Assembly: GCA_964605715.1 (NCBI GenBank)
Contig: CAZSDV010000001.1
Coordinates: 12,022-52,701, forward strand
Reading direction: 5' to 3'
DNA: 40,680 bases
Source of the DNA: an uncultured Acidobacteriota bacterium
Lineage (GTDB): Bacteria; Acidobacteriota; Terriglobia; UBA7540; JAPUME01
Of this stretch, positions 8,875-17,643 are shown piece after piece. A program made the position numbers and the translations under genes. The first letter of the stretch is position 1. Every line of letters begins with the position of its first letter. The notes beneath the pieces are model-generated. The model was not told where the DNA came from and did no database searches. It worked only from the letters and a program-made list of their open reading frames with translations.

Positions 8875-11700
8875 ATGAGAAAAATTTATTTTGTGACGTC
8901 TGCATTTTTTTTAACGGTAACAATCCTGACAGGGGCAGTTTTTCTCACGGGTCAAGGGAGATCACGAACCGGTTCCGCGGACGTAGAAAGTTTCTGGACC
9001 CCAGAAGGGTTTAAGGTGGAAATCGCGGCCACCCCCGAAAAGACGGGCTCACTGATTGCTATGACTTTTGATTCTCGTGGCCGGCCAGTTGTTTCTCGCG
9101 AGAAGGGGCCGGTTATGATTTTGGAAGACCGAGACCGTGACGGGCAATATGAAACCTTTCTAACCTTCACCGATAAGGTGAAAAACTGCCATGGGCTTTG
9201 CTTTGTCGGGAATGTTCTATATGCGGTCGGGGATGGCCCTCAAGGGACAGCACTTTATCGTATTACAGATAGCGACGGTGACAGCCAGGGAGATGTAGTT
9301 GAGGTAGTTGGTAGGTTGAAAGGGAGAATGGGGGAGCACGGCCCGCATGCACTCCTTGTGGGTCCCGAGGGTTTACTTTACATCGTAATCGGAAACCACG
9401 CGGGAGTTGCGGAGACGCCTGATCCCCTTTCGCCGCACCGAGGCTATGAGGAAGATGTTTTACTGCCCCGCTATTTTGACCCTAACGGCCACGCACGATC
9501 AAAACGTGCTCCCGGTGCAACTATTTTTCGGCTGGATTTCGAGGGTAATAAATGGCAATTAGTGGCCGGTGGTTGGCGCAACCCTTACGATGCAGGTTTT
9601 AACCTGGCCGGAGAACTGTTCACTTTTGACGCAGATATGGAATGGGACCTGGGCCTTCCTTGGTTTCGTCCAGTCCGTACGCACCATGTTGTGCCGGGGG
9701 GAGATTACGGTTGGCGAACGGGTTCGGGTAAGTGGCCGGACTACTTTCCTGATAGTCTCCCTGCGATGACCGACATTGGGCGCGGATCACCAGTTGGCGT
9801 GGAATTCTACCTTCACCATGTTTACCCTAAGAAATATCATGGAGCATTTCTGCTTGGGGACTGGTCACGCGGGCGTATTTATGCTGGACTCCATCGAAGA
9901 GTGGGCGCAACCTATGAGGAAAATGTTGAGGAATTAGTGGTAGGCCGGCCTATCAACGTCACGGATTTGGAGGTTGGGCCAGATGGGTTTGTTTATTACA
10001 CCACAGGCGGCCGTAATTCACAGGGCGGACTCTACCGCATTTCATACAGCGGGCCCCAAACAAAGCCCCGTGTTGCTTTCGAAGGAGTTGAGGCTGCACT
10101 TGCACAGCCTCAACCTCGCTCAGCTTGGGGAAGGACTCGAATTGGCCAGTTAAAGAACAAACTGGGGCCAGAATGGGGCACAGGACTTTTAAAAAAGATC
10201 CAGGATGGTAGGGCTAATGCCATCGATCGGGTGAGAGCCCTCGAGTTACTTCAAGTGCATGGTCCAGCACCCGATCTTGAATTACTCGTTGAGCTCAGCC
10301 GGGATCCGCAGACGGACGTGCGCGCGGCAGCGACTCTATACCTAGGGTTGCACACTAATTCCCAGTCAAAAAAAGCGCTTCTTGCACGGTTGGCCGACTC
10401 CGAGGCATTTGTCCAGAGGCGTGCCTGCGAAGCGCTAGTCCGGGCGCATATTAACCCGACCACAGAACTTGATGCCTCCTTTATTGATTCGCTCTGGCCT
10501 TTGTTGGGGCATTCGGAACGTTTTGTGCGCTATTCAGCCCGCGAGCTTCTGGAGCGCACGAATAGGAATCTTTGGAGAGATCGGGCTCTCAAAGAGGAAG
10601 ACACAGGAACCGCGATCATAAGCCTGCTGGCTCTGGTTCAAACTATTTCTGGAACCTGGGACATGGATGAGCTCCTTTCGCGAGAGCACAAGCTACTTCA
10701 ATCTGATCTCTCGGATGATGAATTATTGCGATTAATGCGCATAATTCAACTCTCTTTTATTCGAAGTGAAGGAGTTCGGTGGACTAAGCTTATCGATCCG
10801 ATGGGCCAGAACCTACTTGATCGTTTCCCGAGCGGAGATTGGCGTCTAAATCGGGAGTTGGCAAGGACGCTTGCATATCTTCAGGTACCTGGAACTGTCG
10901 AAAAACTCCTAGAGGCTATATCGCGCGAGACCAACGACCGTGAGCAAGCGATCTTTTATGCTTACTGTCTGAGGACAATTTCCCAGGGTTGGAGTCGAGA
11001 GCAACGGGAGCTTTTCATCCGCTGGTTTGAGAAAACCCAGAAGGAAGACTGGAGAGGGGGGTTCAGCTTCTCCGGGTTTCTTGAGGCGATGTGGACTACT
11101 TGGCTGGAAAGCTTACCTGAGGACGAAAAGAAAGCCGCGATGACGCGCCTACCGAAGCTTTCTCCGGTATTGGCAGCCGGACAAACAAAACGGATTCCAA
11201 CTTTTTCTAAGAGCGGCTGGACTCAGAAGCTTAGCGAGCAAGAATTAACTGAATTCTTAATCTGGGACCCTATGGCCTACCGGGGCTCGGCTGAAAGAGG
11301 AAAGCTAGCCTATCAGAAAGCTTTTTGTGATAGCTGCCATCGGCTGGGGGACGTGGGCTCAGAAGCTGGCCCGGACTTGACAACGGTTGGAATGCGTTTT
11401 AGCCGTGAAGATCTGATCCAGGCAATCCTTTTTCCATCTCGCACAGTCTCCGATCTTTGGAGCACTATTGATGTGACTGTTCGGGATGGCAGTTCCTATC
11501 TGGGTACCGTTACGAATGAAGATGCACAGGCCCTGGTTCTCCAGCAGATGGGTGGCCCGCGGGTCCATATTTCCAAGCGGGACATCGTTAAGAGGCAAGT
11601 TTCAGAGAAATCTTCCATGCCGGAAGGGCTGCTAAACATTTTGACGTCACGAGAAGTTTGGGACCTCTTTGCCTATTTAGAGAAGGGATCCTCACGGTAG
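8875..11700 (+). CDS. Exported PVC-type heme-binding protein: beta-propeller (GSDH-like) + HEAT repeats + C-terminal cytochrome c
   Basis: N-terminal signal or anchor; PEGFKVE, GEHGPH, GWRNPYD, FTFDADMEWD, GGDYGWR and GRGSP propeller motifs; HEAT-like repeats; CDSCH heme motif (11326-11340), GPDLT and a likely distal Met in SSMPEGL. Confidence 0.85.
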   Translation: MRKIYFVTSAFFLTVTILTGAVFLTGQGRSRTGSADVESFWTPEGFKVEIAATPEKTGSLIAMTFDSRGRPVVSREKGPVMILEDRDRDGQYETFLTFTDKVKNCHGLCFVGNVLYAVGDGPQGTALYRITDSDGDSQGDVVEVVGRLKGRMGEHGPHALLVGPEGLLYIVIGNHAGVAETPDPLSPHRGYEEDVLLPRYFDPNGHARSKRAPGATIFRLDFEGNKWQLVAGGWRNPYDAGFNLAGELFTFDADMEWDLGLPWFRPVRTHHVVPGGDYGWRTGSGKWPDYFPDSLPAMTDIGRGSPVGVEFYLHHVYPKKYHGAFLLGDWSRGRIYAGLHRRVGATYEENVEELVVGRPINVTDLEVGPDGFVYYTTGGRNSQGGLYRISYSGPQTKPRVAFEGVEAALAQPQPRSAWGRTRIGQLKNKLGPEWGTGLLKKIQDGRANAIDRVRALELLQVHGPAPDLELLVELSRDPQTDVRAAATLYLGLHTNSQSKKALLARLADSEAFVQRRACEALVRAHINPTTELDASFIDSLWPLLGHSERFVRYSARELLERTNRNLWRDRALKEEDTGTAIISLLALVQTISGTWDMDELLSREHKLLQSDLSDDELLRLMRIIQLSFIRSEGVRWTKLIDPMGQNLLDRFPSGDWRLNRELARTLAYLQVPGTVEKLLEAISRETNDREQAIFYAYCLRTISQGWSREQRELFIRWFEKTQKEDWRGGFSFSGFLEAMWTTWLESLPEDEKKAAMTRLPKLSPVLAAGQTKRIPTFSKSGWTQKLSEQELTEFLIWDPMAYRGSAERGKLAYQKAFCDSCHRLGDVGSEAGPDLTTVGMRFSREDLIQAILFPSRTVSDLWSTIDVTVRDGSSYLGTVTNEDAQALVLQQMGGPRVHISKRDIVKRQVSEKSSMPEGLLNILTSREVWDLFAYLEKGSSR

Positions 11701-11788
11701 CTAGTATCTCAGCTGAACGTGCCAGATCATAGATTGGGCTGGAAGAAGCCATCTATTTCGATTGATCCAAAAGAGGAGGGAGCTTGAT

Positions 11789-12436
11789 ATGGTGAGATTG
11801 TTCAATGCGAGGTACAAGTGCAGTTCTGGTTTTCTTAAGGGTTGCCTATCTTTGGTTTGTGTTTTAGCGGTGGTAGTAATTTTGGCTGCACCACTCAAGA
11901 GCCAATCTGAATGGCAGACGATCTTTAATGGAAAAGATTTTACGGGCTGGCGAGGACAACCGGACCTTTGGTCCATCGAGGATGGTGTAATTGTGGGCCG
12001 CACCGATGGAAAAATTCCCCGCAATGAGTTCCTTTCTACGGTAAAAAAGTATCGTAACTTTGTTCTTCGCTTGAAAGTACTTTTGGTAAAGGGTGAAGGT
12101 AATAGCGGAATTCAGTATCGCAGCGAGTACAATAACGGCGGTGTCAGCGGCTACCAGGCTGACCTCGCTGACGGGTGGTGGGGTGTTCTCTACGAAGAAA
12201 ATGGTCGAGGCATCCTGTACAAGCCTGACCCTCAAAAACTGAGGGTTAACCGCACTGGCTGGAATGAATATGAAATCATGGCCGACGGTGACCATCTTCA
12301 AACACGCTTGAATGGGTTGGTAATTTTAGATATTCGAGACACCCAGGCAGCAGAAGGGATCTTCGCACTTCAGGTACACAAAGGTCCGCCCATGGAAGTG
12401 CGCTTTAAAGATCTGTTGGTTAAGGAATTAAACTAA
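11789..12436 (+). CDS. DUF1080 (3-keto-disaccharide hydrolase-like) exported protein
   Basis: IFNGKDFTGW, WSIEDGVI, GNSGIQYRS, GYQADL, GWNEYEI, G.FALQVH and VRFKDL. The ATG at 11789 follows GAGGAGGGAG, so I prefer it to the TTG at 11762. Hydrophobic signal-like segment present. Confidence 0.9.
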   Translation: MVRLFNARYKCSSGFLKGCLSLVCVLAVVVILAAPLKSQSEWQTIFNGKDFTGWRGQPDLWSIEDGVIVGRTDGKIPRNEFLSTVKKYRNFVLRLKVLLVKGEGNSGIQYRSEYNNGGVSGYQADLADGWWGVLYEENGRGILYKPDPQKLRVNRTGWNEYEIMADGDHLQTRLNGLVILDIRDTQAAEGIFALQVHKGPPMEVRFKDLLVKELN

Positions 12437-12476
12437 GCACTTCCTTCTTGGTGGTTTCTCAAGCCCCATTAAAACC

Positions 12477-15400
12477 ATGAGCCTTTCATCAATAATTCGG
12501 CTCGTCTTTACACTTTCTATTTTTTTCCTCGTTTGTTTTCCGGTGGAGCAAGCTCGTGCACAGTCAGCTACGGCAACTCTTTTTGGGAGAGTTGTGGACC
12601 AGGCTGGAGCCTTTCTGCCAGGTGTTCAAATCCGAATTACGAAGGAAGAGACAAGTATTAGTCGAACCGGAACCACTGGACCAGAGGGACGCTTCGTTTT
12701 CCCACTAATGAATCCAGGTACTTACTCTGCTGTAGCCGTTCTTCGTGGTTTTCAAACCGGAATTATTAAGGGAATCTGGTTGAACGTTGGTGAAATTGCT
12801 TCTGTCGAATTCGAACTGAAGGTTGGGAGTACCCAGGAAGAAATTACAGTTATTGCTGCACGCACTTTAGTGGAGGTAGAAACTGTTGAACGAGGATCAA
12901 TTGTCCAGGGAGAAGAAATACTCAGCTTGCCCCTTAATCGGCGGCAATATCTGGAACTGTCCTTACTTAGTCCGGGTGCTGTTCCACCGGCAGCAGGTTC
13001 CCGCCTCTCGATACAGGCGAACAGCAGCGTAAACGTAAGTGGCGCACGCGAGGCATCGAATAATTTCCTCTTAGATGGCGTAGATAATAACGATCTATTT
13101 ATAAACCGGATGGTTGTTAATCCTTCAGTGGACGCCATACAAGAGTTCAGAATCCATTCAGCGAATTATGATGCCGAGTACGGCCGGAGTGGTGGTGCGC
13201 AGGTTAATGTGGTTACAAAATCTGGCACAAACAACTTCCATGGTTCTGCTTACGAATTTTTCCGTAATTCACGCCTTGATCAACCCAATTTTTTTGCCCC
13301 CCAAAATGAGATAATTCCACGGTTCCAGCGTAACCAATTTGGGGGAAACTTGGGCGGACCATTAACCAAGGATCAAACTTTTTTCTTTTTTAATTTTGAA
13401 GGAGTGCGCACACGCCGAGCAGAAAGCCGCTTGGCCAGCGTACCAACTGAGCTGGAGAAAGCCGGTGACTTCTCCCAGTCTGGCTTAACTATACTTGATC
13501 CGTTAACAGGGATTCCTTTCTCCGGAAACCGGATACCTGAGGCTCGCATCCACCCCGTTGGCAGAAATCTAGCAGCGTTATACCCTAGTCCGAATCGTAA
13601 TGTGGCAGGAGCAAATTTCCTTGCCTCGCCGGTAGGCACAGAAAACAGCACTCAGTTTAACCTGCGCCTAGACCGTGCGTTCGGCCCAAAAAACCATTTC
13701 TTTTCGCGGTATAGCTTAATTGATGACTTTGATTTTGACCCTTTCACATCTAAAAAGGTCAACGTCCCAGGTTTCGGGACCAACACTCTAGATAAAGGTC
13801 AGAATCTAGCAATTAGCGATACGCACGTGATTAGCCCTAGAGTGCTTAATGATTTCCGTTTCGGTTTTAACCGTCTGCGCCGTGAGGTGTTTCCTCAGAA
13901 CCAAGGACGCAGTGTTCTGGGAGATCTTGGGATCACAGGCCTCGATGTGCCCGTGCGCGACCAGGGGTTCCCATCATTGGTTCTGGCGGGCTACGAACAG
14001 CTTGGGGATGATCCAAATCTCCCTTTGGCTCGTGTAACCAGCACCTATCACTTTTCCGAGAGTATAAGTCTCCATCAGGGACCACATTTCCTGAAAGGCG
14101 GTTTTGAATTTCGACATTACCGACAGGATGGGTTTAATGACTTATTCGGACGGGGGCAATTGAATTTTCAGCCCATTTTTTCTGGGGACTCCTTGGCAGA
14201 TCTGCTACTCGGATTTCCTGCAATGAGTATCTCCGCTGTGAATGATAATCCACAGGCTTTGCGTACCACGGCCTACAATTTTTTTTTCCAGGACCATTGG
14301 AAAATCCATCCACGTCTTTCATTGAGTATAGGGATGCGGTACGAGCTCAACACACCTCCGGTAGATGCCCATGATCGTCTATTGGTGTTTAATGTGGAAA
14401 CACAAAGCCTGATGCATGTCGGTAAAAATGGAGTACCTCGAGCCGGGTTTAATTCTGACCGCAACAATCTTGCCCCTCGCATTGGATTCAGTTGGGATCC
14501 TCACGGCCAAGGTAAGATGGTTTTTCGGGGTGCCTACGGCATTTTTTATGATAGTGGGACCCTGGTCGAAAATTCTGCCCTCTACTTTAATCCACCTTTT
14601 TTCCAGTTAAATCTTTTCTTCCCTGGAAGTACTGGGCCGTTCACCTTAGATGATCCCTTTCCTAGTACGCAGGCATTTTCTCCTGCTCCGAGCCCTATTA
14701 CCCTAGCTCGGGATTTTTGCACTTCCTATATGCAGCAGTGGAGTTTTGGTATCCAAAATGAATTGGTAAAGGGGATTCTTTTTGAAATGGATTACGTTGG
14801 CTCCAAGGGAACAGGATTAGTGATGAAGCGAAACTTAAACCAACCTTTGCCTGGGCCAGGAGATCTTGCTCCGCGGCGCCCGTTTCCTGAATTTAACGAT
14901 ATTTTGATTATCGAGTCAGCTGCTTCTTCTATCTATCATGCCCTTCAAGCCAGAGTAAGGAAGCACTATTCGGGCGGGCTGTATTTTTCTGCGGCCTATA
15001 CATTTTCGAAATCAATCGACAATGCTTCGGCATTTCTTGAAAGCCAGGGTGACGGCAATACACCTCAGGACAGCTGGAATACTCGAGCAGAGAGAAGCCT
15101 TTCGAACTTTGACCTCCGGCACCGCCTGGCTATTAGCCTGGTTTATGATATACCCCTCGGGCCGCATGGCCGCTGGTTGATGGGGAAAAGCGGTTTTTTC
15201 CCTGCTCTTGCTAGGAACTGGCAGGCGAGCACTATTTTTTCAGCACGATCTGGGCAACCCTTTACTCCGCGGCTCACTACTGACAATAGTAATACCGGGA
15301 ATGTGGGAGGATTTTTTGCTCATGACCGGCCGAACTTGGTTGGTGATGCCCGGTTGACGAATCCAACTCCTGAGGAATTTTTTAATGTGGATGCATTTGA

Positions 15401-15662
15401 AATTCCGGATCCATTTAACTTTGGAAACTCAGGGCGAAACATTCTCATTGGCCCAAATTACTCCACCTTAGACCTTGCGTTCACAAGAAAATTTCACGTT
15501 TGGGAGGAAGTGAACTTTCAGTTCAGAGCAGAGTTTTTCAATTTTTTAAATCGGACCAACTTTGGTTTGCCAGAAAGCTTCGTGGACCGGCCGACATTTG
15601 GAAAAATAACTTACGCTGGCCCTGCCCGCCAGATTCAATTTGGATTGAAGATTTTGTTTTAG
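12477..15662 (+). CDS. TonB-dependent receptor, acidobacterial Oar-like type with N-terminal carboxypeptidase-regulatory-like domain
   Basis: Signal peptide (ARA-Q), G.V.D..GA.LPGV, LPLN.R, NNFLLDGVDNN, DAIQEF, AEYGRSGG, TKSGTN.FHGS.YEF.RN, APRIGFSW, FRAEFFN, and a terminal Phe (RQIQFGLKILF). Confidence 0.93.
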   Translation: MSLSSIIRLVFTLSIFFLVCFPVEQARAQSATATLFGRVVDQAGAFLPGVQIRITKEETSISRTGTTGPEGRFVFPLMNPGTYSAVAVLRGFQTGIIKGIWLNVGEIASVEFELKVGSTQEEITVIAARTLVEVETVERGSIVQGEEILSLPLNRRQYLELSLLSPGAVPPAAGSRLSIQANSSVNVSGAREASNNFLLDGVDNNDLFINRMVVNPSVDAIQEFRIHSANYDAEYGRSGGAQVNVVTKSGTNNFHGSAYEFFRNSRLDQPNFFAPQNEIIPRFQRNQFGGNLGGPLTKDQTFFFFNFEGVRTRRAESRLASVPTELEKAGDFSQSGLTILDPLTGIPFSGNRIPEARIHPVGRNLAALYPSPNRNVAGANFLASPVGTENSTQFNLRLDRAFGPKNHFFSRYSLIDDFDFDPFTSKKVNVPGFGTNTLDKGQNLAISDTHVISPRVLNDFRFGFNRLRREVFPQNQGRSVLGDLGITGLDVPVRDQGFPSLVLAGYEQLGDDPNLPLARVTSTYHFSESISLHQGPHFLKGGFEFRHYRQDGFNDLFGRGQLNFQPIFSGDSLADLLLGFPAMSISAVNDNPQALRTTAYNFFFQDHWKIHPRLSLSIGMRYELNTPPVDAHDRLLVFNVETQSLMHVGKNGVPRAGFNSDRNNLAPRIGFSWDPHGQGKMVFRGAYGIFYDSGTLVENSALYFNPPFFQLNLFFPGSTGPFTLDDPFPSTQAFSPAPSPITLARDFCTSYMQQWSFGIQNELVKGILFEMDYVGSKGTGLVMKRNLNQPLPGPGDLAPRRPFPEFNDILIIESAASSIYHALQARVRKHYSGGLYFSAAYTFSKSIDNASAFLESQGDGNTPQDSWNTRAERSLSNFDLRHRLAISLVYDIPLGPHGRWLMGKSGFFPALARNWQASTIFSARSGQPFTPRLTTDNSNTGNVGGFFAHDRPNLVGDARLTNPTPEEFFNVDAFEIPDPFNFGNSGRNILIGPNYSTLDLAFTRKFHVWEEVNFQFRAEFFNFLNRTNFGLPESFVDRPTFGKITYAGPARQIQFGLKILF

Positions 15663-15703
15663 TCCGCATCCGCAATGCGATCATAAGAAGACGTGGAGTA
15701 CAA

Positions 15704-16217
15704 GTGTTAGCGGTGGTCGGCAGCCTTGTGGTGCTAGTGGTCACGGTCCATTTCTACGTGGTTTTAGATGAAAAGATTCTGTGGAATGTGATGCTGGGGA
15801 TGATAGGAGTTTTGGGAATTGTAGCACCACTTTTAGTTTACCGGGCGAATCCTAGAAAATCTGGTTTTCCTCTTTTCGAACTCCTTTGCTGTGGCTTGGG
15901 TTTGAAGCATTGATTATTTTTTTATCTGCCTACCCTCACTGACGGCCACCTTATTTGTAAATTGCTTTCGAGACCGGAGCGAAACCCAGGTCATGCTAGC
16001 AGCCGTATTGAGGCGGAAAGTCCAGGAAAATTATTTTTTCATGAAGACCTACTCGGTAACCTTGGCCACGCCAATTGCTGACCTCCCACAGGTTTTTGCT
16101 TATGTGGACCATGATACTTTCCAAGGAACTAGCAAGGGAGATTGGACCCGGTTAAGTTTAAAGAGGGGACGGCTGGGGATACGTTGGGTTTTTGATGTTG
16201 CACCGCATGTCCCATAA
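15704..16217 (+). pseudogene. Small membrane protein apparently split by a 1-nt frameshift near 15903-15911
   Basis: GGAG-5 nt-GTG(15704) opens two hydrophobic helices that stop at 15913. The +1 frame is open from 15906 (SIDYFFICLPSLTATLFVNCFRDRS...KRGRLGIRWV) to 16217. Removing one base fuses them into about 170 aa. Confidence 0.5.
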
Positions 16218-16347
16218 AACATAACCCTCTTAAATTTCACTCCCTGATAGTCGGCTTCTCCTTTACGCCAATAATAAAATTCCCCCAAGAATTTCCATTT
16301 GTTTAAAGCTCTTTGGATTTAAGGGGCGAGGTTCATTGAGGAAATAC

Positions 16348-17310
16348 CTAATTCAGTGTACCGGAGCAACTTGACCCGTTTCCTGCTGTGCAGCCATAGC
16401 AGTGGTTCCCAGTAAAAATTTTCCGGCGCGCGAGCAAAAAGTGGTCGAAGTCGCGGATGTGGCGAGGTAGACCATCAATGACTGGCATTTCAAGCATCTG
16501 GTTGAAGTCGCAGTCGTAAAGCGTTCCATCCCAACCAACGCTGATTAAGGACTGGCACATGATGTTGCCCACCGTGGCGGGGTTAAATTTTTCGAGCAGC
16601 AGTTCCATATACTGGGTATAGGCACCTTGGCGGTTGAGATCTTTAAGAAAACGATTGATGGGCATATTGGTGATAGCATAAAGCCGATTGAACTCAATGC
16701 CGAACTCATTACGCAGATGGCTTTTATAATCTTTTTCTAGATCTTTTTGTGGAGGGGGTAGTGTAGCACCAAGAGGGTTGTACACTAGATTTAGAATTAG
16801 TCCGCTATCCGGATGTCCATAGCCGAGGCGATTCAGCCACTGCAGGGCTTCTACACTTTTATTGAATACTCCTAGTCCCCGCTGCGCATCAACGTTAACC
16901 TCTGTGTAACAAGGGAGAGAGGCGATTACTTCCACTTTTTGTTCGGCTAAAAATTCCGGAAGGTGACCCTTCCCCTTTTCGTAAAAGACAGTCAGGTTTG
17001 AGCGGTCCATAACATGTACAGGTGGGTGGAGGGCGCGAGCTTTGGTGGTAAGGTACTCGAAATTCGGGTTGAGCTCTGGAGCTCCTCCAGTAATGTCAAT
17101 TTTAGTGAATGAATGACGTTTCAGGACGTCAGCGACCAACTCTGCTGTTTCCCGTGTCATTACTTCCGTTCGAGTGGGCCCTGCGTCGACGTGGCAATGG
17201 CGGCAGGTTTGGTTACAAAGCTTTCCTACGTTAATTTGCAGGGTATCAAGGGTAACGGCCTGCAGTGGGGCTCGGTTTACCTGCTGAAGTTTATCTTGGA
17301 AATTGATCAT
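16348..17310 (-). CDS. arsS: ArsS-like radical SAM protein with C-terminal DUF3641 (arsenosugar-biosynthesis-associated family)
   Basis: TLQINVGKLCNQTCRHCHVDAGP, DITGGAPELNP, ASLPCY, LNLVYNP, NMPI.RF, YDCDFNQML and HCYGCTAG.GSSC.G. Confidence 0.85.
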   Translation of the reverse strand: MINFQDKLQQVNRAPLQAVTLDTLQINVGKLCNQTCRHCHVDAGPTRTEVMTRETAELVADVLKRHSFTKIDITGGAPELNPNFEYLTTKARALHPPVHVMDRSNLTVFYEKGKGHLPEFLAEQKVEVIASLPCYTEVNVDAQRGLGVFNKSVEALQWLNRLGYGHPDSGLILNLVYNPLGATLPPPQKDLEKDYKSHLRNEFGIEFNRLYAITNMPINRFLKDLNRQGAYTQYMELLLEKFNPATVGNIMCQSLISVGWDGTLYDCDFNQMLEMPVIDGLPRHIRDFDHFLLARRKIFTGNHCYGCTAGNGSSCSGTLN

Positions 17311-17493
17311 AAGTGATTGCGGATTCTATTCCTCGAGCAAATAGAAGGTGGGCAGTAGAGTTTACCCGGCCGTAGATTTTCCTACCAGCACTCCATTGTG
17401 ATGAAGAATTACATTCTGCGATCAAAGAAATCCTGTTTTAATCAGGTATTTAGTATTTGTGGTCTCAGTTTTTTATTCTATCAGACTATCTAT

Positions 17494-17521
17494 ATTTTAA
17501 CCGATCCGGGAAGAGGGTAAA
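17494..17521 (-). promoter_or_regulatory. Putative sigma70 promoter facing arsS
   Basis: Minus strand reads TTTACC-16 nt-TAAAAT in the AT-rich divergent intergenic region. Confidence 0.4.
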
Positions 17522-17604
17522 AGTAGAAGGTGCAATTTTGCAAGCACGCCTTAGCAGGTCGTCTTGTTACGGCCAAAAGGTTTGTGTAACAGAATGCCAT
17601 AGCT

Positions 17605-17634
17605 TTGCTTCTTGATGATTTAGGAGGGTATAAT
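17605..17634 (+). promoter_or_regulatory. Putative sigma70 promoter of the VWA gene
   Basis: TTGCTT-18 nt-TATAAT, 9 nt before the ATG at 17644. Confidence 0.55.
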
Positions 17635-17643
17635 TCCGGTAGA

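Noticed and set aside
16348-16380. Selenocysteine in the ArsS C-terminus
   Set aside because: The GSSC codon is TGC and the frame ends at TAG.
6396-17524. Shared motif TCCGGGAAGAGG(G)TAAA at 6396 and 17505, both in divergent spacers
   Set aside because: There are only two copies of a 12-nt exact match, which is within chance expectation for this window, and one copy is explained as a promoter -35 box and spacer.
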